Shown here one piece after another: positions 25,101-36,600 of a stretch of 64,000 nt of DNA (positions are counted from its first letter, which is position 1; each line of letters starts with the position of its first letter). The notes under the pieces were generated by a model. It saw only the letters and a list, made by a program, of their open reading frames with translations, did not search any database and was not told the DNA's origin. Made by a program: the position numbers and the translations under genes. Origin of the DNA: Lingula anatina (lineage: Eukaryota > Animalia > Brachiopoda). The DNA lies in contig CM120640.1 in the NCBI GenBank assembly GCA_051362555.1, forward strand, positions 8,742,001 through 8,806,000, written 5' to 3'.

Positions 25101-27606
25101 TGAGCTCCAGTAGACAGATCACCTTTAAGAAAAAGTATTATAACAAGTTTTCAGTGATTAATGCTGAAAAATTGAAGTTTTGTTTTATTGTCCTACTGTG
25201 CAATTTTACCATGGCACTGGGTTTTTTGATAGCTGACCAAGTGATAAAATCTCAAATCTGCAAATAACATTTTGACACCACAAATGCCATTTTATTAAAA
25301 TACTATTACTGTAAAATTTCTTTTGTGGGATAATAAAAACTGCTGTTACATGTAATATACATGCATCATCATTCAAATTAACCCCCTCCCCTTAAATTGT
25401 GCATTCCTCCTTTTAATGTTTTTTATTAAATTTTTTTTTTGTTGTTGTTGTTTTTTTCTTTTTTACTGGTAATATCTCTTCATAAGCATATCATATCCTC
25501 TTCTATCATGACATTAATTCCCATATGCAAAATTTCATTGAAGCAAATAATGCATGTCACCACTCTTTGGAATACCACCATACTTTCAATTTTTTCAATA
25601 AATATTGATGGTAAAGATGGAAAACAAAACATCTGTGCCAACTTTGAAGGAAATATTACCTAGAAGTTATCTGTAAAAAAAGTGAAAACAGGAGAGTTTC
25701 TTGACATTTAAGGCCAATAAAATTCTCAGCTGCATGTTCATTTTGCTGTTCCATTAAGAAGCCATAGGTGTCATGGCTGCATAACTGCTCCAACTGACAT
25801 GTTTTATTAATTAAATAACTCATATGTTGCCAATGGCAAGCTATGAATTGAAGTTTAAAGAGGCTAAGGTGCCTGGAAAATTTCTTTCCCTCTTTCGAAT
25901 ACAATATACAAATTACATTTACTTTCCTATGTACTTTTCAAAAGATAAATGCCTGCACTGTATGTATGGATATATAAAATCTTGCATCAGCATTTCTCTT
26001 GCAAAAATTTTTGCAGTATTTCCATGCTGTGTTCGAAGGCTTCAAGTTATATACGGTCATTTAACAACTCTTTTTAATAGAAGATATTTTGCAAAAGGTT
26101 AAATGGTTGTTTTTCATTAAACTTTGCATTACGTTTGGTAATTTGGGCACACATTTACAGCAAAACCAATGGCTTCAAGCTGCTACATTACAAAGATTTA
26201 TGAACAATCCTTAAAAGCTTACAAAGTACTTATGGATGGATCACAACACAAGTGTGCTTCATATTAATCATTTCAGGCTGCAACAATTCCCACTAAATGT
26301 CACATTTCTGTAAGACATTATTTCTTTCCAAAATTTCATAGACCAGTTTGTCAGAAACAATCATTTTCCACCATACAAACTACAAAACTGAAAATAGAGG
26401 ACGGCATTAGCAAAATTCTTATATATAAGAAATACCCCGGCTTAATTGTTCCCATGCTTCTCCCAAATCAAACTTCATGTTGGTGATAAATAATTCAACA
26501 CAAAAGGTCACTCCAAGGGACAACTGGTCAATTTCTCAATGTGCACAAACAAATTCTCCCTGCAGAGCAAGGAATTGAACAATATTAATGTCCAGCTCAG
26601 TTCACATGCCCTTTGAGATTTTCCTGAGCCTTGTAATTGTTCTGTCAAATGTTTCTCTCCCATGCACATAAACATATATCACTTGCATTGAGAGGGGCTT
26701 TAAGTTAATTTCAATCTTGAGTGCTTAGTCAAACACATTAACAAATGTATGTCTTTTTAATCGACTGAAGTCTTGAAACATACAAGCATCATAAGAGAAG
26801 TAAATATATTTTGAACAACTTTTTATATTTCTAATGGCATTGTAAAAAGAAAGAATGAAATTTTTCAGTAATTACCATTTCAATTTACCCCATACTGAGA
26901 TACCACAGCTAAGCCAAGGCATGTAAACCCAAACATTTAGTGTGAGCATACTGAATATTAAGCAAATAAAGAAACAGAAAATAAGGACAGGTTAACAAAT
27001 ATGTAACCGCTTCAGAAAAGTATGTCATACTCAAATAAGAAAGTTTGCTTCAAAGCTACATACCTTATGTTTAAATTGCTGAACTACATTAAATAATCAA
27101 CTTTATGGGTGTTTTTAACAAATAGTTGTCTATAAAAAAAACTCTTAACTTTTCCAAAATGGTTGCCAAATTTATGATGGCACCCTCCCCCCCCCCCATA
27201 CCATAACCAAAATAAATTACATACAAATAAATAAACAAACATAACTTCCTTGTCGGAGGTAATAAGACATCAAAGCAAGCAAATATACAGACACTAAACA
27301 ATACTGCAACAATATTTGCAAAAAAGAAAAATCAATTACTTTTAGAAATATATTCGATACAAACTCACTCAGCAAATTAGAAGTCAACCAAAAAAACATT
27401 AAGCCATTTACAGGATGGCGATTTCCAAAAATCACACATACAAAAGAAAAAAATAATTGGCAAAACTAATCTAATTATGCTTAATTCTGAAAGGAACCCT
27501 TTTAACCAAAAAATGCTACATAGTAAGAGAAAAATTTGGTTTGGCAGTCATAAGTACTAGTGTTTTGAATGGCAACAGCAATGGTGACAAGGACATACAG
27601 TGAGCA

Positions 27607-27677
<71 letters not shown>

Positions 27678-30600
27678 GTCTATATATAACAAACTTGCAT
27701 ATCAGACAAGCATGTTACCTCAACATCATCCTCTGTGAATTCATGGACTTCATCCCCTGTCCTCTTGTTGATGATCTGTGCTACGCCTATGACATCTCCC
27801 TCGTAATTCAGGATAGGCATACACAGGATGCTGTGGGTTTTGTAGCCCGTTTTCAAGTCAACCTCATTATTGAATCTGGGATCCTAAATAAGACAACATA
27901 TAATATGGGACATTTAAAAGAGAAAAATGACTGACTACAGAGAAGTTACTGTACAATACTTATTTTTAGTCTACTAACTATTGTATTTATTCAATTACAT
28001 ATTTTCTTCCAAAATGTACAGTTCATTGCTGAAAATTAAGTTATTTATCTTCAATGGTACAGATAGTGGGAGCAATAAAAAAATATTAATACCTACACAA
28101 AAAGACAAGCTTGAAGTTTAAGCTTTATAGAAACTAAAAGTCATTTTTTTTATTGGCAAATACAGTAGGATGTTGTTTGCTTTGTCTTACTAATAATGAT
28201 ACAATAGTGTCTATATAAAGTGTTAACATGAGGGTTCTGCCTTAAATATATGTTTTTTTTTAAATAATACCAGCTGAAAATTTCAGAAAATTTCTTTCTT
28301 TTACATGACATTACAAAGTCATGCACTTGCCTTATTCACTTAAGATACAGGGCCTAGCTTCAAGAAAGGACTCAGGTTAATAGCCAAGTTCTGTTTCACT
28401 AAAATGTTTTGGACTAACCTTAGACTGCTAGAATTGGATAGCCAACTTCATAAAGATGACTCTGTAATATTTGTCTAGGAGCATTTCATGGATGATGAGA
28501 CTGTTAAATGTTGTCTTCAAATATCAAGCTTAATTTAACATGGTGAGCAGAAATCTGACCCTGTCAGAATCCAGGTTGTCCCTGGTTACTTGACTTACAC
28601 CCCATTCTCATAGCTTAGATCGACCTACATTGGATCGACCTAACTCCCTGGGGGTTCACGCTAAATAGCTGTCAGCCGGGCGGACACGAAAGTTAATTAC
28701 CCCTTAAAGCTTGTAGTAGGCGGGGACGGACACTTACGGGGGATTATCTGACAGTAATCTAGTGAGACTCCCCGCGGTGATAGATCGATCTAAAAGTTGT
28801 GAGAACAGAGCCTTAGGTTATCCATTTCGATTGGGTACAAATCAAACTATTATTGCCTGATTTTGAAAGACATGGATGTTAATATTCCTTGATTTTTTTA
28901 GTCACCAACTGTCTTGGGAGGTAATGAAAGGTTGTTAACCTTGTAGTCAATAAGTATAACACACATAATGGCCCCCAGGGTCATTGTTTCTTAAGTACTT
29001 CTAACTAAATTTTGAAATACACCCACTCTGAAAATACATGTGCAGTGGTCCACTGAAATTGTTGAAATGTTTGTCTTAAACAGGAACCATTTCTCTCTTG
29101 TTTGATGTTATAAAGTGGGCACAATATTTCATTTAACTGGACTCAACTGATAAATCTTCAGTCAAAAGAGACTAATTTGGTCTTAAAATTAAGAGCAACT
29201 TCTCATTTAATGTTCTTTTGTGAAACAGGCCCCAGGACTTTCTAGACCAACAATATTGGTCAACTTAAAGTCATGATAAATCAGTCTTCTAAATTAAATA
29301 AAATGAAGAAACAATTGGTCTAAAAATGTGCTATTTCTCACTTTTCATTAAACAGGCCTATAAATTACTTGGTTTGGAATGGACAAAAATTTTCTTTTGA
29401 AAATGAGACCCAACTTTTAGCTTAAAATATTTTGTGAAACCAGTCCCAGTTTACAAGGTCAAAACTTCAGAAAACCAGTTGTATTTAGCAATTTATCAGT
29501 GTTTCACACCATTCAAACATTGACCAAAGTGCCCCACTACAGCACTGAAGAGTGCAAATTGACGAACATCAAACAAACTTGAACTCTTATCAAATATTGA
29601 AAAGGCAATTCAGTATAAGGTACACAATCCTTAATTAATAATAAAATGCCCCACCAGGTGTTTTAATCACAGACCTCTGGTGGTCACTCCATAAATCTTT
29701 CAAATGTCTGCACACAATGTTCCATAAATGTCATGTAGTGGACCTACACGGGTTCCACTAGTAAGCTGGCTTTTGGCAAGTCCTCTTACCAACTTTTACC
29801 ATTCCTATACACAATCTGGATTTTGTTTTGGAGATCTTTAGTATGCCTCTAAAAGCAAAAACAGATCAGTGTAGGTTCGGAGGCAGTAATTGACCACCTG
29901 TGCTAAGGGCAAAGAGATGTGTATTACTTCTAAATAATTGGCAATGACAGCTTAGTTCTCACACATTTTAGAGGAAGGGGGGTCCAGCTAAAAAATAATG
30001 CCTTATCCTAATCACAACTTGCTCAAAAATAATACTGGGAGTATGCAGAAAATGGGCACAGGTATAAGTCAACAAGTGTAAAAGTAAATTTTAACAGTTG
30101 ATCTGAAGCAGCTAGCATAGCAGCATATGGGACGTAGACTGAATTGGATGGCACTGTACACATGTACATAGTCTGTATGGGTCTGCACTACATAGTCATC
30201 TATCAAGTTAGAGTGATTGCTTGAGAATATGCTGAAGCTATCACATATACACATTACACACATAAAACAGGTTTTATCTAAACAGTGGTTGGAAACATAG
30301 CCACTTCGTCCAGTAGCTCTTAACCCCTATTACTTGCCAATTAATCACATATTTTGTAGAAACCACCACAGCCAATTTATAGTCCTTAATTCTTCGTATT
30401 CTGAGTGGTAAAAATATTATCTTAGGGCCTACTGATCAATTTTTGCTTTTAGGCTATTACTTTAGCTGACTGTTTAGAAAATTAATGCATGTATCATCTG
30501 GGCAGAAATGTGCCAGAAGGCTGACCTTGGATGTACAAATCACTAATTGATTGCTATACAATCTCTCCATTAGTCAATCAAGCCAATGCCAACAGGTTTT

Positions 30601-33600
30601 TACTACCAGGCTTACGTACAGCATCATTTTGCCATTTTGCAGAAGTGCTTGCAGATCCTGTGAAACATGTTAAAGAAAAGGAGTACACAGGGATAAACTT
30701 GAGGTGATTTTTGATCATCACTATAACAATCTTCTCCTCTATTTCCCATATTGTCTGGCTTCATTTAAATTTACTAAGAGTTGTACATTTGTTTGTTGAT
30801 GGCCAATAAAAGCACATGTACAATATGTGTCTCCAATGAAAAGAAAAAATAATTTGTTTTTGCCTAGCAAAATAAAAATTATATTCTGTGAAAATAAAAA
30901 CCAATTATGTACAATGTACCATACATCCCTACATCCCTTCCTGACTACATCCCTTTTGCAACCATGTTTTGGATGAAACTAAAAAGCAAGTTTATTTCTT
31001 GTACTTCAAGTACCCCAGTATATGTAAAGTGTCATTGTTTTTAACTGCATGACAATGGAGTTAAAGGTGACATTTGAATATCTTGGAAACACTAGCTGGT
31101 TTTCACACTCTGAAATAGCAGGGGCACTAGGGCACCATTCCCATAGACACCAGCAGTCTATAGAGACTGATCCAACTCCGTTGAGACTCTCGCTGAATGC
31201 AATCCATTTAACAGATTAACATGCCTCCTCGAGGCATTAAGTAGAATACAGAAAAGCTGGTGATTACACAAATACGTTGGAAACAGGAAGAGACATTCAG
31301 TTAACCTGATTGCACTTAACGAGAGTCCTTGCAGAGCTGGATCGATCTAAGTAGACTGATGGTATCTATGGGCATGGAGTCTGAGAATTGGCTGGTGGGA
31401 TGCCTACTATCCAGATATGACTGATGAGCCATTTAAGGCCCCTTTCACATTCAGTATTATACTAAAAGTGATATATATATAGTCTGACTAACAGTTTACT
31501 TTGAGAGGTCTTAACCTGTAATAATTCTACATTTATTTTGACTCCTTTTTGCAAGTTCTCCACTAGTTCACTTCTTGCTGTTTAGTTATTTAATTGGGAA
31601 TGATGAGCACAAAGGCTCCTGGTAGGTAACTCTCTAACATATAATAGCCAGTGTACTAGTACAGACTGTATTACTAAAAACTGCTTAATGTAAAAAAAGG
31701 GCCTTATTCAAGGTCAATCACTTTTTCTACTTTTGTTTATCCTTTCAATTTGAATAAAAACACTGGTGATAAGAATGCATGGCTACAGTAAGAACGTGTA
31801 TCCTAGAAATAATTAAAATGCTGGCGGTGGCCTTGTTTTGCTTTGAACTTTCTCCATGGAAAACTCCATGGTTGATAAACAGTGTTCAGGTGTCCTGCCG
31901 AGGCTTCATCTCAATATACTTAAGTCAGGATACACTTGTAAATGTACCACTTCTAACTGTATTGTGTTGCTCTCAAAGGATCACCTGAAGTCAGTTTGAC
32001 ACACAGCTATGGCATTGCATGCCTTGCATTTACACTGTGCTCTCAACCTTAAATGCTTCAGGCTCAGACCTGATATCTGTACTTGCAATCACATAACTTT
32101 GTAAAAGCCTCATACACTGACCAAGGATATCAGAATATTGGTAATAATAATAAAAACATCAAATGTGAATCTAAATAGCTTGATTGCAATCAGCACTGCT
32201 GAACACAATATATGTATATCTAAGACTGGGTTCCCATACTTAGATCGACCTAACTCCCTGGGGGTTCACGCTAAATTGCTATCAGCTCAAAAGGCCACGC
32301 CTACCGAATCAGCCAGCTGGGGATAAAGATAATTACCCCCTAACAGTTTTACTAGGCGTGACAGACGTTTAAGTCAGTTTGGTAGCAATTTAGTGAGACT
32401 CTCCAGGGAGATTGATCGATCCAAATATCTTTGGGAATGGTCTCTAAGAGAGCATTCAGATCTCCGGAATTAAAAATATAGCGTACCCACTTGAAAGAAA
32501 GGCCACCTAATCCTCTTATCGTCTCCCCAGCTCCACATTCCACAATTTAAGGGATTAAATGTCAGTTCCCAGATTTAATTGCAGGGATGGCATATGTGAA
32601 GGCAGGGAGACCATCAGGGCATTAAGCAGCTTGCTTTTAAGTGAGTGCAACCTTATTTAGTCAGTAGATCTGTTAGTCCGCAGATCATCTGTTCTGTATG
32701 CGCTCTTTTTCAGATGGGACATATCTCTTCCTATAATCAACTAAAGAAAGTTACACAGGTACTGTATGGTAAGCATTTATGTACCAGCATAAGTGATTCA
32801 TAATTTACATTTCAACTGAAATACTTTATTTATTCAGTATCTGGAGCATTTAGTGTTTAGTGTTATCAGGAGCTGATCATGCATGAAAATCATTCTTTTA
32901 AGTGTATTTCAATTTTCAATCATTTATCTCTATACCATAGAGCCACATGTTAAACCTGTTGTTGCAGGAACTGTAAGCCAAAAATGCAATAAGATCATGA
33001 AACAGAATCATGTTTTCCTGTAAACAATTCTATCCAGTCAGGGAAGCAAATCAAATTGGTTCTGTCCGTTAGAAGCCATCACGCAAAAGATCAATACTTT
33101 ACAATACCAGATCTCTTACCAGTTGATGGAAATATGGATATGATAGCCAAACAGTAATAGCACCTGAATGTAAATTATCTTTATCTAATGAAGTCTGATT
33201 ACTTGTTTCTATCAATTCTGACTAAATCATATTCCTTGAGTGAGTCACATTTTTCCTCTTTAGTAAAATACAGTGCCTCTTGAAAGGTATAAGGATTAAA
33301 ACCAGCACTCAGATATATTAGCTCCTTTTCATCTGCCTTAGCAATTTTACTGTGTTTTCCATTCATCTTGAATCTGCCATTCACATCTGCTAAAACCTCA
33401 GGTAACATGTTGCTGAAGCTGTGGCATAATATACTGGTTATGATGATATCATCAAAGTAAAAGATTTGGAATTGAATTGAACGGCATGGACTGGATTAGG
33501 GGTTTGCTCAATTAGGAAGAAATAATGCATGGTACACTATGAGGCCCCAGTAAAATGTCAAACATCCAAATTCTTCAAGGGCTAAACACAGGAAATTGAA

Positions 33601-36600
33601 TTCAATTGGCGGTGAAATGATCTGTTAAAGGCAGCTTCTTTTGCACCTTTCCAGAAGGCAAACCAGGTACACACAGTATACATGTTGAACCTTAAGTAAA
33701 ATTTGGGAATCTCAAAAGTTGCAAGTCTCAAAACCCATAACCAGAGTCATCCAAAGGCAGACATACATGTAATTGCATTTCAATATGGTTAACATGTCAG
33801 TGTCAATTTAACTGTCAGGTGCCAACCATAGCGCAGCCTCATATAATTCTCGTAAAATGGCTTTACATATGAAAGGGAGAGATCAACGGGTGTCAAGAAT
33901 ATACCTGGATGTAATGAGTTTTTATCTATTATCAAGGTGGAATAACTAGTAGTCATCTCTGCAGCAATATCCTTGACAAAAATTGCCTTTGTTTGAGACA
34001 AATGGTAATTTGGACTTATTAGATGTAATGAAAAAAAAGTGGACTGTAAATAGATACCAAGCAAACAAAACACACCAATTAACCTCGGGTGTCTTTGAAA
34101 GCAAATTCTCTGTAAAGGCATCAGGATTGAAAGGCTGGAATAGGTTTATGCCTGATAATGAAATCTGAATCCAATACAAAAAAATACTGAATGCTTTTAG
34201 TTAAATTAATTAAGATTTTTATTCTAAATATGAAAGAAAGGTACCTTTTTGTTTGAATCTAGGTTTTTTTTCTACACAGGTACGTAAATTGGGTTTGTTA
34301 TTTTAACTCTGGCTCAAGTTTCTTGGAAGGAATAACAAGCAAGGTTTTCTTGTGCAGATAGTGAGAGAGTCTCTGGGGAGAAAAGTTTACAAATAGGAAA
34401 ACCAAATTAAAATCCCAGACATCACCGCCAAAGTTTGCAGCTTATTTTCAGAGGAAATATCCCCCTTGGGTATTTAGTAATGCTGATATGCAGAGAGGTT
34501 AAGACTCAGATAATCATCTTATCAGTTTTGCATTAATAGCCATAAAGAGCACTGCTTGTGTTACAGCCATCCTACTGACAGAATACTGATCCTGATTGCT
34601 TGCAAACAGAACACCATTCAAAGCCACTGGACCATGAATTTCTATCTGCAATGCAAACAAGTAAAAAAAATCAACGCAACTCGATTTCAGGTTGGATTCT
34701 ACAACAATAAAATATTTTCATCAATCACAAAATTAATGTCTCCTTTCATGTGTGAATATGTGAGCCCTAGGTGGTGGAATTGGAAATATTGTGGAGCAGT
34801 GTGTTTTCAAAAAATGTGAAAATTGGTTTCCCAATTGCTTTTACAGCTGGAAAGTGGTGGTCAAAATGCAGCTTTTTCATCTGAAAATTGCATGTTTTTA
34901 TTTTTCACATTTGAATGTGAAACCCATTAAATTACTGTAAATTGGAATTCAAATTGAAAGCTGGATTCATCTTTTCTTGGCATCCTTTCAATTCTGTTTG
35001 ATTTTATCTACTTATCCTCCTGTTACATATTAGTGACGATTCCTGTTAATACATTTATAAAAAATATTACCAAATTCTGTGACTTTTTTGAAATTCCAAG
35101 TGTCTCTTAGCTATAAACATCATTACTGTAACAAGAAAACAATACCTTTAACCACATTCAAATATTTTACTTAATGAATGGATGTGGGGTTAGAAAGGGT
35201 TATTAGCATACTTATTTCAAAAAAAGTGACCGTGCCCAAGAATTGTTGACTTAAAACCAGTTACAAAAAGGAAAGATTTTTTTTTCTTTTTTATTATATT
35301 ATACCCAAAATTAAATAAAACATATCTTTTTAAAGTGATGCAAAATATGTTCATGGCTATAATATTAATATAACAACTCGCAGTTAAGAGCTACTTATTT
35401 TCACCATAGATGGTTGTGAAGCTGTCAAAAATAATATAACATCAAAAACAGGAACATTTTCCATAATCCAAAGTAAAAAGCACACAAAAAATTTCTTTCA
35501 GTTCATGCTACTTGCAAAATGAGAGAGAGCTAAGAACTATATATAGAAAAATCATGGAAAATATCCATTATTTCCCTGTAACCTTCTTTTGGGTCCTTTT
35601 TTTAAAATATTTTTCAAGAAATTTCAAGAAATTACTCATTTTATGTATGGGTTCTCAGTTCAATTTGGGCAAATACCTTATCTGTTTATAAGGCCTGAAG
35701 AATCAGTGGATTTGTATTAGACGTAAACATATCATCAGCTTGCTATGTCTTTCAAGATTCACCTTAGGGTGAATTATAGTCAATAAACATTATTCTGAAA
35801 AAAAATGCATACAGTAAATGCACCCTTGCATCCATTTATACTCTCTCTCTCTCTCTTAGGGTGCTTTCCCAGAGATTTAGATCGATCTAAAGATTAAGAT
35901 TTAGATCGACCTAACTCCCTGGGGGTTCACGCTAAATTGCAGTCAGCCGAGCGGGCACCATAGTTAATTACCCCCTTACAGCTTTTAGTAGGCGGGACAG
36001 ACGCTTAAGCCGGCCAAGCTGACAGTAATCTAGTGAGATTCCCCACAGGGATAGATCGATCTAAAAATCTATGGAAATGGGGTGTTATAGTCAATAAACA
36101 TTATTCCGAAAAAATGCATACAGTAAATGCACCCTTGCATCCATTTATTCTGTCTCTTTCTGTCTCTCTCTCTCTCTCTCTCTCTTACACATCTCTCTCT
36201 TACACACAAACACACACACACACAAACACAAACACACACACACACTTGACTGCAAGCAAACATGCACATGATCATTCCCTCACCAGCTTACATGAAAACT
36301 GCTTTTAGAGCTAAGTGGTACAATAAAAGTGAAAACATAAGGGTCATCAAATATGTATGCACCTGCAAGTAGCTGGATATCTAGATTTTTATATTATAGC
36401 CATTAAGCAATATCTAGTGCTTCACATATACATGTGACTTTTTCTGGAAATTGTAAGTGTATTCACTTTACTCCACAGAACAATCTGTCAATTGCCTCAT
36501 CCAGGTCAGACCATTCATTTGCCATTTCATCCCCACCCACTTCTCAACATATTAATACTCATTTTATCGTAAATAGTGTAATATTCAAGTTATCTTATCA

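Noticed and set aside
27569-27934. 121-aa plus-strand ORF with IY repeats
   Set aside because: It consists of the (AT)n microsatellite plus the antisense of PDE exon 2.
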